From: an uncultured Granulosicoccus sp.
Lineage (GTDB): Bacteria; Pseudomonadota; Gammaproteobacteria; Granulosicoccales; Granulosicoccaceae
NCBI GenBank assembly: GCA_965367215.1
Contig: CBDUIJ010000001.1
Span: forward strand, 1,901 to 65,900
Reading direction: 5' to 3'
Length of the DNA stretch: 64,000 bases
The stretch's first letter is position 1; each line of letters starts with the position of its first letter. The notes under the pieces were generated by a model. That model did no database searches. It was given only the letters and a program-made list of their open reading frames with translations, and had not been told where the DNA came from. Below, piece after piece: positions 29,160-37,783 of the stretch. Both the position numbers and the translations under genes were made by a program.

Positions 29160-29501
29160 GGTGTTGTTTTCAGGTAGAGTCAGGCTGTCGAGGCAGTGTC
29201 AATTGCAGGTGACAATTACCGTGTCAGCTTGAATATGCCAACAGTGACATCATAGTGTAAGACATTGGCGCTCAACGAGCGTACTTTACAAGGTACAGTT
29301 TTTCTACAGGGTCTGAACGCAAGATGCATTTGGCAGTATGGAAAAATTTGCCGGATACAATGTATGACACATATTCGAAATACAATTGATGGCCCTGAAG
29401 AGTATTTTCGTTTCATGTCTCAAGGAATCGCGAGTGTCATAAGGTAGTTGAATTGGCACCCGTGTCATCGCTCGCACGTTAAATCATAACTTCAATTGAC
29501 A

Positions 29502-30446
29502 ATGGCCAGAAAACCCAGGATTCATTTCTCAGGAGCCGTCTACCATGTGACTCTCACAGGGCTTGACCAGCAACCGATATTCAAGACAGTTGCTGATCGC
29601 CGAGCGTGGGAATCACTGGTGGAAGAAGGAGCTCAGCGCTTCGGGCACACCTTGCACGCTTACTGCTGGGCAAGGAACCATGTGCAGATGGCAATTCAGG
29701 TAGGTGATGCACCTCTGTCGAAGGTGATGCAGAACCTGTCTTTCCGATATACCCGATATTTCAACAAGCACCACAAGCGTGAAGGGGCTCTTTTTCAAGG
29801 GCGCTACAAGGCGATCCTCATCGATCCCGATGAATACCTCAACGATCTTGTGCGTTACATTCACAACAATCCTGTTCGCAATGCCAAGGCGAAGTCGGCA
29901 GACGCGGCCAAGTGGACCAGTTACCAGGCCTATATGGATGCGGACAAGCAGCCGCCCTGGTTGACGACATCCACAGTGCTGTCCACATTCGGCAAGACCG
30001 ACAAGGCTTCACGCAAGGCATTTGCAAAATTCGTTGATGCCGGTCGGGACGAAGGTGAACGAGTCGATCTGATGCGTGGTACGGATGGTGGACGTCTGCT
30101 TGGCAATGCCAAATTCGCCAAGAAGGCTCTGAAGCCGGTCAAGGTCAAGCCACCCATCATGACGCTCAACCAGCTGGTGAAGCGGGTCTGCAAGGAAGAG
30201 GACGTCAAGGAGGCACAGCTGAAGAGCGAGAGCCGCGCTCGACATGAAAGCCGGATCCGGCAGACCATTACCTATCTTGCGATGGAGCTGGAAGTGGCCA
30301 GCCTGACGGCAATGGCAGAACGTTTCAATCGCGACCTCACTACCATGAGTCGTAATCAACGTTACTTCCGTGATCGCCTCAATGACGATGCCGAGTTGCA
30401 GAAGCATGTTCGCAAGCTTCAGCGACTGTTGCGGTCCGGCGATTGA
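29502..30446 (+). CDS. IS200/IS605-type Y1 (RAYT-like) transposase domain fused to a DnaA-C-like HTH; HUH motif degenerate
   Basis: The N-terminal half reads YHVTLTG ... HAYCWARNHVQMAIQ ... LVRYIHNNPVRN. This follows the PF01797-like pattern (aycLM.NHvHLl ... YIh.NPv), but it has H-V-Q where H-U-H is expected. The C-terminal part ITYLAMELEVASLTAMAERFNRDLTTMSRNQRYFRDRL resembles DnaA domain IV. The ATG is at 29502; the track ORF starts at a TTG at 29496. Confidence 0.65.
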   Translation: MARKPRIHFSGAVYHVTLTGLDQQPIFKTVADRRAWESLVEEGAQRFGHTLHAYCWARNHVQMAIQVGDAPLSKVMQNLSFRYTRYFNKHHKREGALFQGRYKAILIDPDEYLNDLVRYIHNNPVRNAKAKSADAAKWTSYQAYMDADKQPPWLTTSTVLSTFGKTDKASRKAFAKFVDAGRDEGERVDLMRGTDGGRLLGNAKFAKKALKPVKVKPPIMTLNQLVKRVCKEEDVKEAQLKSESRARHESRIRQTITYLAMELEVASLTAMAERFNRDLTTMSRNQRYFRDRLNDDAELQKHVRKLQRLLRSGD

Positions 30447-30484
30447 GAAATGTCGGTGACTGCCTTGATTACTGACGTGTTGCC

Positions 30485-30997
30485 ATGACGGAATGGTTGG
30501 ACATCGTAGACGAGACAGACACGGTGATTGGCCGTGCCCCACGCGATCGAATACATCGCGAGGGGCATCTGCATCGCTCGGCACATATTGCCCTGTTCAA
30601 TTCGAGCGGGCAGATTTTCGTGCAGTTGCGCAGTCGCTTCAAGGACATGGCTGCCGGCTTGTGGGATACCAGCGCCGCTGGTCATGTTGACAGTGGCGAG
30701 TCCTACGAGGCCTGTGCCGTTCGTGAGTTACATGAAGAGCTGGGTGTCAGGGTAGGTGCTGATAGTCTGCAGTCGGTCGGCCAACTTCGGCCGCACGAAC
30801 GCAATGGCTTTGAATTCACTGAAGTCTATGCCGTCTTCTCCGATCAGACGCTGGTACTTCAGGAAGAAGAGATAGAGGATGGCCGCTGGGTCAGCCTGCA
30901 GGAGCTGGATCTGTGGATGCAGCAAAGTCCTTCGGATTTCACACAGGTGTTCAGAGTCATCTGTCCGATGATCAGGCATCTGGATAACAGCCGCTGA
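30485..30997 (+). CDS. Nudix hydrolase
   Basis: 170 aa with the Nudix box GHVDSGESYEACAVRELHEELGV. Confidence 0.85.
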   Translation: MTEWLDIVDETDTVIGRAPRDRIHREGHLHRSAHIALFNSSGQIFVQLRSRFKDMAAGLWDTSAAGHVDSGESYEACAVRELHEELGVRVGADSLQSVGQLRPHERNGFEFTEVYAVFSDQTLVLQEEEIEDGRWVSLQELDLWMQQSPSDFTQVFRVICPMIRHLDNSR

Positions 30998-31103
30998 CTG
31001 GACCCATTGCCTGTGCCGTTCTGTCGGTCGAGGCTTGCGGGTAACTCTGATACAAGTGATAGTTGTCGTATGACAACCATTCACCCAATCGAGGTACCTC
31101 ACC

Positions 31104-33560
31104 GTGACAGATTCTCTGCCAAGCAAGGCTAGCGCCGTTATCATCGGTGGGGGCGTGACCGGGGCCAGTGTCGCGTATCACCTCGCCAAGCTGGGCTGGC
31201 AGGATGTCGTTCTACTCGAGCGCAAGCAGTTTGCCTGCGGCACCACCTGGCACGCGGCAGGCCTGATCGGCACCGTACGGGCGAACGAAAGTCATGCCCG
31301 CCTTACCGAATACTCCATGCGCCTTCTGCACGATCTGGAACAGGAAACCGGTCAGTCCACGGGTTTTCGTCAGGTAGGCAGTCTGAGCATCGCACACAGC
31401 AAGGATCGTTGGGAGGAGCTCCGACGAGTGGCTGCGATGAACAACGCTTTCGGCGTTACGCGAGTCGACACGGTGACGCCCGACGAGGTGAAGGCCCTGT
31501 TTCCCCTGATCGACACTGACAGCCTGATTGGTGGCACCTTTGTGGAGCATGATGGTAAAGGTAATCCTATAGAGATTACGACCGCGTTCATCAAGGGGGC
31601 ACGCTTGCACGGAGCACAGTGTCTGGAAGGCATCCGGGTCGAGGAAGTCCTGATCGACAATGGCAAGGTCACCGGGGTGCGTACCGAGCAGGGCACCATT
31701 GCTACCGATTTTGTCGTCAACTGCGGTGGCATGTGGGCCCGCGAACTCGGGCAGAAAAGCGGAGTGAATATTCCCTTGCACGCCTGCGAACACTACTACG
31801 CGGTTACCGAAAAACATGAGTTGGTGACGCCGAATCTCCCCATACTTCGAGACCATGACAAATGTGTCTACATCAAGGAGGATGCCGGTGGCTTGCTGGT
31901 AGGGGCGTTCGAAAAGAAAGCGGTTGCCTGGGGGCAGTTGGGCATTCCTGACGACTTCAGTTTCGATGAGCTTCCCGGTCATATGGAAGAGCAGCTGATG
32001 CCGGTTCTGGAAGACGCGATGGTTCGCGTTCCCATGCTGGCAGACGTGGGGTGGCGCAGCTTTTTCTGCGGGCCAGAGTCCTTTACACCGGATGATCAGT
32101 TTCACGTGGGCGAGGCACCGGAGGTTCGGGGTTATTTCGTGGCGGCCGGGCTCAACTCGGTGGGCATTCAGAGTTCCGGTGGGTTGGGCAAGGTCTGCGC
32201 GGAGTGGATGCACAATGGTTATTGCCCGCTGGATCTGTGGGGCAATGATATTCGCCGCATGTACCCGTTCATGGGTACCCAGGCTTTCGCTGCGGAACGT
32301 GCCGAAGAATCGCTCGGTCTTCTCTACGCCAACCACTATCCGTTCCGCCAGTTCGAAACCGGTCGCAACGTTCGTCTGTCTCCCATTCATCAGCGTCTGC
32401 AGGAACACAATGCCTGCTTTGGCCAGGTGGCAGGCTGGGAGCGAGCCAACTGGTTTGCTCCGGCTGGAGTCGAGCCGAAGTACGAGTACAGCTTCGGACG
32501 GCAGAACTGGTTCGAGCATTCCGCTGCCGAACATGCGGCCACTCGAGAGAGCGTGGCACTGTATGACCAGTCCAGCTTCTCCAAGTATCTTGTACAAGGG
32601 CGCGATGCCACACGTGTTCTACAGAAGATCTGCACGGCCGATATTGATGTCTCGGCCGACAGGATCATCTATACGCACTGGTTGAACGAACGCGGCGGCA
32701 TCGAAGCTGATCTGACTGTCACGCGTCAATCCGAGAACGAATATCTGGTCATCAGTGGCGCGGCTACCACCCACAAGGACCTGCACTGGTTGAGAACTCA
32801 TATCGGGCCGGATGATTTCTGCACGGTCACCGATGTCACCAGTCAGTACGCGGTGTTCGGCGTCATGGGGCCCAACAGCCGAGCCATGCTTGAGCCACTG
32901 CTGCGCATGGACTTGTCCAATGAGGCTTTTCCGTTTGGTCGCAGCGTGCCGGGAGAGATCGGCTATGCACCCATTCGAGTCACCCGGGTATCGTTTGTCG
33001 GTGAGCTGGGCTGGGAACTGTGCCTGCCTGCAGAAATGGCTATCCCCACGTTTGATCGCCTGCTGGAAGCCGGTCAGGCACATGGATTGAAGCTGGCAGG
33101 TTTGCACGCTCTTGACAGTTGTCGTATCGAAAAGAAGTTTCTGCATTTCGGGCACGATGTCGCTGACGAGGATACCCCTCTGGAGGCCGGAGTCGGATTT
33201 GTCTGCGCGATGGACAAGTCCGTTCCCTTTATCGGTCACGATGCGATTGCACGGCAGAAGGAGAGCAAGTCCCATCTGAACAAGCGGCTGGTGCAGTTCG
33301 TACTGCAGGATCCCGAGCCGATGTTCTATCACCATGAACCGATACTGGCAGGCGGCGAGTGCGTAGGTTATCTGACCTCGGGTAACTATGGTCATACACT
33401 GGGTGGCTCTGTCGGTCTGGGTTACGTCAAGAGTATCGAGCCGATAACCGCTGACTGGCTGGCAGGCCAGCAATGGCAGATTGATGTCGGGGGCCAGCGC
33501 TTTGATGCAGCTGCCAGTCTTCGCGCAGCCTATGACCCAAGCGGGGCGCGCATGCGCTGA
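31104..33560 (+). CDS. FAD-dependent dimethylglycine/sarcosine dehydrogenase-like oxidoreductase (DAO + GcvT aminomethyltransferase domains)
   Basis: 818 aa with a GTG start. The N-terminus has VIIGGGVTGASVAYHLAKLG. The C-terminal folate-binding GcvT-like half has SFSKYLVQGRDA and VSFVGELGWELCLP. Confidence 0.85.
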   Translation: MTDSLPSKASAVIIGGGVTGASVAYHLAKLGWQDVVLLERKQFACGTTWHAAGLIGTVRANESHARLTEYSMRLLHDLEQETGQSTGFRQVGSLSIAHSKDRWEELRRVAAMNNAFGVTRVDTVTPDEVKALFPLIDTDSLIGGTFVEHDGKGNPIEITTAFIKGARLHGAQCLEGIRVEEVLIDNGKVTGVRTEQGTIATDFVVNCGGMWARELGQKSGVNIPLHACEHYYAVTEKHELVTPNLPILRDHDKCVYIKEDAGGLLVGAFEKKAVAWGQLGIPDDFSFDELPGHMEEQLMPVLEDAMVRVPMLADVGWRSFFCGPESFTPDDQFHVGEAPEVRGYFVAAGLNSVGIQSSGGLGKVCAEWMHNGYCPLDLWGNDIRRMYPFMGTQAFAAERAEESLGLLYANHYPFRQFETGRNVRLSPIHQRLQEHNACFGQVAGWERANWFAPAGVEPKYEYSFGRQNWFEHSAAEHAATRESVALYDQSSFSKYLVQGRDATRVLQKICTADIDVSADRIIYTHWLNERGGIEADLTVTRQSENEYLVISGAATTHKDLHWLRTHIGPDDFCTVTDVTSQYAVFGVMGPNSRAMLEPLLRMDLSNEAFPFGRSVPGEIGYAPIRVTRVSFVGELGWELCLPAEMAIPTFDRLLEAGQAHGLKLAGLHALDSCRIEKKFLHFGHDVADEDTPLEAGVGFVCAMDKSVPFIGHDAIARQKESKSHLNKRLVQFVLQDPEPMFYHHEPILAGGECVGYLTSGNYGHTLGGSVGLGYVKSIEPITADWLAGQQWQIDVGGQRFDAAASLRAAYDPSGARMR

Positions 33561-33616
33561 CGCTCAGGTAGTCAGGCATTCATCATTTCGATGAACGCCG
33601 GAGCGCGATGGATGAT

Positions 33617-33641
33617 CACTGCCGGCAATCTGCCGGCAGTG
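33617..33641 (+). terminator. Perfect 11-bp hairpin between the dehydrogenase and rmlC
   Basis: CACTGCCGGCA, loop ATC, TGCCGGCAGTG. There is no U-tract, so the function (terminator or processing site) is inferred. Confidence 0.35.
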
Positions 33642-33677
33642 GAAGTGGCCCGCCTCGTGCTTCGTAAGGAGTTCCAA

Positions 33678-34271
33678 ATGGGTAACGCAATTACTGGTAT
33701 GCAAATCATCGATACAGCTCTGGAGGCTGTCAAGATTCTGGAACCAAGTGTTTTCGGTGACGACAGAGGTTTTTTTCTGGAGTCCTGGAACCGGCAAGCC
33801 TTCGAGAAGGCGGGTTTGCCAGGACATTTTGTTCAGGATAACCACAGTCGTTCATCGCAGGGTGTGCTGAGAGGTCTGCATTTCCAGGTCAAGCATCCAC
33901 AGGGTAAACTGGTGCGTGTAACCCGCGGCGAGGTGTTTGATGTTGCCGTAGACATGCGTCGTTCCTCGCCACAGTTCGGGCAGTGGGTAGGGGTGTCCCT
34001 GTCAGAAAGCAACAAACGACAACTGTGGGTGCCGGAGGGCTTTGCCCATGGTTTCTATGTGGTATCCGAGTCGGCTGATTTTCAGTACAAGTGTACGGAT
34101 TACTACAACCCTGAATTCGAACGAAGCCTGATATGGAACGATCCGGAAATTGGTATCGAATGGCCGCTTGTTGCAGGTACCGAGCCCATGCTGGCTCCGA
34201 AGGATGCCGCTGGCCTGCCGCTTGCCGAGTGCGACGAGATTGAAGATGTCCCACGGCGACTGGCAGCCTGA
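33678..34271 (+). CDS. rmlC: dTDP-4-dehydrorhamnose 3,5-epimerase
   Basis: From the ATG at 33678, preceded by AAGGAG. Motifs seen: VFGDDRGFFLESW, RGLHFQ, KLVRVTRGEVFDVAVD and GFAHGF. Confidence 0.92.
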   Translation: MGNAITGMQIIDTALEAVKILEPSVFGDDRGFFLESWNRQAFEKAGLPGHFVQDNHSRSSQGVLRGLHFQVKHPQGKLVRVTRGEVFDVAVDMRRSSPQFGQWVGVSLSESNKRQLWVPEGFAHGFYVVSESADFQYKCTDYYNPEFERSLIWNDPEIGIEWPLVAGTEPMLAPKDAAGLPLAECDEIEDVPRRLAA

Positions 34272-34289
34272 TTGCCGGGTAGCTGCGAT

Positions 34290-35150
34290 ATGAAAGCGTT
34301 CATTACTGGTAGCAGTCGAGGCCAATTGCACTGGGAGCTGCTACGCTCCATTCCAGAGAACGTAGAGGTTCTGACCCTGGGCGAGCGACTTGATATCACT
34401 GATGAACGCTCGGTGCAGCTGGCCATTGCCAGGTTGCAACCGGATGTGATCATCAATGCCGCGGCTTATACGGCGGTCGACAAGGCCGAGTCGGAACCTG
34501 AGCAGGCCATGGCAGTCAATGCCGATGCCGTTGAATCCCTTGCGCGCGCATCAATCGCGACCGGCGCACACCTGCTGCACGTGTCGACCGATTTCGTGTT
34601 CGGGCAGGGCGATGGTTCGCCATTTGCAGAAGATGCGCCTGTTGCACCGGTCAGCGTCTATGGCAAGACCAAGCTTGCTGGCGAGCAGGCATTGCGTCGT
34701 CTCATGCCGGATACCAGTCTGTGCCTGCGGACAGCCTGGGTGTATTCGTCGCATGGAAACAATTTTGTCAAAACCATGCTGCGCGTCATGAACGAGCGTG
34801 GTGAGGTGGGTGTCATAGCCGATCAGGTCGGTTCACCCACCTGGGCCAACTCGCTTGCCCGGGCGCTGTGGCATGCCGCGATCACCAGGTCCAGCGGCAC
34901 CATGCACTGGACCGGGGCAGGGGTGGCCAGCTGGTATGATTTTGCCGTCGCCATTCATGAAGAAGCCCGGTCTCTTGGCCTGATAGACCGAGCGGTGGTC
35001 GTCAACCCGCTGACGACCGAGCAATATCCGACTCCAGCAGCGCGTCCGCATTACAGCGTGCTGGAACTGACACGGACCTGGAAGGCACTTGATCAGCGCG
35101 CGGAACATTGGCGCAACGATCTTCGAACCATGCTCAAGGAGCTGAAATGA
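34290..35150 (+). CDS. rmlD: dTDP-4-dehydrorhamnose reductase
   Basis: From MKAFITG. Motifs seen: INAAAYTAVDKAE, STDFVF, YGKTKLAGE and SPTWA. Confidence 0.9.
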   Translation: MKAFITGSSRGQLHWELLRSIPENVEVLTLGERLDITDERSVQLAIARLQPDVIINAAAYTAVDKAESEPEQAMAVNADAVESLARASIATGAHLLHVSTDFVFGQGDGSPFAEDAPVAPVSVYGKTKLAGEQALRRLMPDTSLCLRTAWVYSSHGNNFVKTMLRVMNERGEVGVIADQVGSPTWANSLARALWHAAITRSSGTMHWTGAGVASWYDFAVAIHEEARSLGLIDRAVVVNPLTTEQYPTPAARPHYSVLELTRTWKALDQRAEHWRNDLRTMLKELK

Positions 35151-36250
35151 GACGTATGATGGTAACCGGCGCCGCCGGATTCATAGGCGCCAACTTTGTC
35201 CGGTACTGGCTTGAAACCTATCCGGAAGATGTCATCGTGATCGTTGACGCGCTCACCTATGCAGGGAACAAGGCAAACCTGGAAGGTGTCTTGTCCGAAC
35301 GTTGCTCACTGGTGGAATGCGACATCAACGATACCGATACGATCAAGGGCTTGCTGCGTGACCAGCAGCTATCCACGATTGTGCACTTCGCGGCTGAAAG
35401 TCATGTTGACCGCTCCATTGAAGGTCCGGATGCCTTCATCGAGGCCAATATCCTGGGTACCCACAGTCTGCTCAAGGCAGCCAGACAGGTCTGGCAGGTC
35501 GAGGGACTCGCAGTGGACGATCACCGCTTCCATCATGTCTCTACCGATGAAGTCTATGGGTCGCTGGCATCGGATGATCCTGCCTTTACCGAAACGACTG
35601 CCTATGCGCCCAATTCTCCGTACTCGGCGAGCAAGGCGTCCTCTGACTTTCTGGTTCGTGCGTATCACCATACGTACGGGTTGAATGTCACCACCAGCAA
35701 TTGTTCCAACAACTATGGCCCCTACCATTTTCCGGAAAAGCTGATTCCGCTGATCATCATCAACCTGCTGCATGGCAAGTCACTGCCAATCTACGGTGAT
35801 GGCAAGAATATTCGCGATTGGCTGTATGTCGAAGACCATGCGCGCGGCATCGAGTTGGTATTGAACAAGGGTGTTGTTGGGGAGACCTACAACGTCGGTG
35901 GCGTCAATGAGTGGACGAACATCGATATCGTCAAGCTCATCTGCGAGCTGATGGACGAACGTTTCGCCGCAAATCAGTCGCTGGCGGGGAACTACCCGGC
36001 TTGTCCGGCAGCTACCGGTGAGCGCTGTGATTCATTGATCAGTTACGTAACCGACCGTGCCGGACACGATTTCCGATACGCCATCGATACGGCAAAAATC
36101 AGGGATGAGCTGGGGTATGAGCCTGCCGTGAATTTCGAAACCGGGATACGCAGAACACTCGATTGGTATCTGGCAAATTCCGACTGGTGGCAAGCCGTGC
36201 TCGACGGCAGTTACAGAGATCAGGCTGAACCAGCTCTGAAGACTGCTTGA
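35147..36250 (+). CDS. rmlB: dTDP-glucose 4,6-dehydratase
   Basis: From the ATG at 35147, which overlaps the rmlD stop (ATGA). Motifs seen: MVTGAAGFIGANF, VSTDEVYG, YSASKASSD and IRDWLYVEDH. Confidence 0.93.
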   Translation: MRRMMVTGAAGFIGANFVRYWLETYPEDVIVIVDALTYAGNKANLEGVLSERCSLVECDINDTDTIKGLLRDQQLSTIVHFAAESHVDRSIEGPDAFIEANILGTHSLLKAARQVWQVEGLAVDDHRFHHVSTDEVYGSLASDDPAFTETTAYAPNSPYSASKASSDFLVRAYHHTYGLNVTTSNCSNNYGPYHFPEKLIPLIIINLLHGKSLPIYGDGKNIRDWLYVEDHARGIELVLNKGVVGETYNVGGVNEWTNIDIVKLICELMDERFAANQSLAGNYPACPAATGERCDSLISYVTDRAGHDFRYAIDTAKIRDELGYEPAVNFETGIRRTLDWYLANSDWWQAVLDGSYRDQAEPALKTA

Positions 36251-36275
36251 GGTCGAGGCGGCAACTGTACGAAAC

Positions 36276-36305
36276 GCGCCCCGACGAGCGGGGCGCTGTC
36301 ATTTT
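36276..36305. terminator. Terminator hairpin between convergent rmlB and chrR
   Basis: GCGCCCC, loop GACGAGC, GGGGCGC, then TGTCATTTT on the plus strand. T residues also follow the hairpin on the minus strand. Confidence 0.65.
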
Positions 36306-36310
36306 CCGAA

Positions 36311-37000
36311 TCAGATACCGACGAAGGGTTGCATGATCTTGCCTATCACGCCCGAGTAGCGAACAGGTGATTGAGTGGCGATCAATGCGATGCAGGGCTC
36401 TTCACTGTCGACCACGGGCTGGTGTTCGATGCTGCCATCCAGATCGGCAATATCCCCCACCTGAAATCTGCCAATGCTGTCGCGATAGGAGCCTTGCACC
36501 AGATAAGTGAGTTCGCGGTCATGATGCGAATGTTCGCTCAGTACTGCTCCGGGTGCCAGATGCAACAACTGAAAGGCGCCATGCCGACGATGTTGATCGT
36601 CCAGTTTGAACTGCTTGATTCCCGGCGCCACACGCCTCCAGCGTAACTGTTCCAGAGGTGCCGGCAGCAACCGGCCAAGTGGGCGAGGAACGCCCTTTAC
36701 AGCGCCTTTCGAGCCCATTTTCGCCGTGGAAGTCTGCAAGACGCTGTCTTGTGCATCAGTCGCCGGTGATTCTGCGGCCGCACCAGAACGCGATATCAGC
36801 TCCAGCGCCGATACCTTTATGGGCGTGGGTTCCAGCCGGTCGAACAGCCCGCCGCCAACGCCATCGGCCATTTGGGCACGGGCACGACATTGCCGGCATA
36901 CCGTGAGATGGCAGGCGACCAGCGTTTCCATGGGCATGGTAAGGCTGCCCGTCGCATAGTCGTGTATTGTTTCGTCTGTCAGGTGGTGGGAGACGCTCAT
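36311..37000 (-). CDS. chrR: ChrR-type zinc anti-sigma factor (ZAS N-domain + cupin C-domain)
   Basis: 229 aa. It has the H-x3-C-x2-C motif in CHLTVCRQCRARA, and a C-terminal cupin-like region (LSEHSHHDRELTYLVQG). It lies immediately downstream of an ECF sigma gene. Confidence 0.85.
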   Translation of the reverse strand: MSVSHHLTDETIHDYATGSLTMPMETLVACHLTVCRQCRARAQMADGVGGGLFDRLEPTPIKVSALELISRSGAAAESPATDAQDSVLQTSTAKMGSKGAVKGVPRPLGRLLPAPLEQLRWRRVAPGIKQFKLDDQHRRHGAFQLLHLAPGAVLSEHSHHDRELTYLVQGSYRDSIGRFQVGDIADLDGSIEHQPVVDSEEPCIALIATQSPVRYSGVIGKIMQPFVGI

Positions 37001-37024
37001 GTCAAACTTGTCTGGCTCTGTTGG

Positions 37025-37675
37025 TCAATCGTTGATGGGACTGCCGCTGGACTCAGTGAGTAGAGCAGCTTTGTCTTCATCCTTCAGACTTGACCTTACG
37101 GCCTGCATCGCCAAACGGATTCGTGATTTTACCGTTCCAATCGGCAAATCCAGCCATTCGGCGATATCTCCATGTGATTGCCCCCGGAAATAGGAAAGGT
37201 GCATCACCTGACGTTGCTCCTGAGGCAGCTTCTCCAAAGCCCGGTGCAGCCGCTCCGCAGCCTGCTCGGCATCGACATAGCCGGCCTGTGTCTCTGACTC
37301 ATCGTTCTCGACATCGAGCATTTCATCTTCCAGCTCCACCTCGATACGAGAATTGCCGCGCAGGTAGTCGATGCGACGATTTCGTGCAATGGTGAACAGC
37401 CAGGTGCTGGCTGCTGCCTTTGACGGGTCGTAACTTTCAGCACGGCGCCACACGATGAGCATGATTTCCTGCATCAACTCATCTGAAATCTCTTCGGTCA
37501 TACCCTTGCCCATGAGGAAGGATTTGACGCGCCCAGCGTAATAGTTGTAGAAATCGGCAAACGCGTTTTCGTCGCGATCTCGACCGATGGCCTGCAGATT
37601 GTCGCCCATGCGCTTTCTGAGAGCGGCGGATGCCTCTGTGGGCTTGTCTTGCCTGGTAGTTGCCATTTTGGTCAT
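37025..37675 (-). CDS. ECF (sigma-24/RpoE-type) sigma factor partnered with ChrR
   Basis: 216 aa. Region 2 reads WLFTIARNRRIDYLR and region 4 reads SHGDIAEWLDLPIGTVKSRIRLAM. Confidence 0.88.
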   Translation of the reverse strand: MTKMATTRQDKPTEASAALRKRMGDNLQAIGRDRDENAFADFYNYYAGRVKSFLMGKGMTEEISDELMQEIMLIVWRRAESYDPSKAAASTWLFTIARNRRIDYLRGNSRIEVELEDEMLDVENDESETQAGYVDAEQAAERLHRALEKLPQEQRQVMHLSYFRGQSHGDIAEWLDLPIGTVKSRIRLAMQAVRSSLKDEDKAALLTESSGSPIND

Positions 37676-37716
37676 TCGGTGATTGTACCGTCGAGAGGAT
37701 GACAGGTCATGATTAC

Positions 37717-37742
37717 TGATCCTGATATCCCGATAATGCGTA
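37717..37742 (+). promoter_or_regulatory. Candidate ECF (ChrR-partner sigma) promoter for the FAD-oxidoreductase/DUF1365/CFA-like operon
   Basis: TGATCC (37717-37722), 16 nt, then CGTA (37739-37742), about 42 nt upstream of the ATG at 37784. TGATCC is the -35 element I recall for Rhodobacter sigmaE/ChrR regulon promoters. The -10 assignment is tentative. Confidence 0.4.
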
Positions 37743-37783
37743 GCAGTGCATTCATATACCCACTATAGAGTAGACTCAAGAGC

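Noticed and set aside
29454-29469. TGGCAC, which could be a sigma54 -24 element, upstream of the transposase-like gene.
   Set aside because: The -12 position reads TCATC instead of TTGC(A/T), and no GC lies at the required spacing. No enhancer-binding protein gene is nearby.
33591-33677. N-terminal extensions of rmlC (33591), rmlD (34272) and rmlB (35108) offered by the ORF track.
   Set aside because: Internal ATGs give N-termini that match the family start points: MGNAITG... preceded by AAGGAG, MKAFITG, and MRRMMVTGAAGFIG with an ATGA overlap. The extensions would overlap upstream genes or hairpins.
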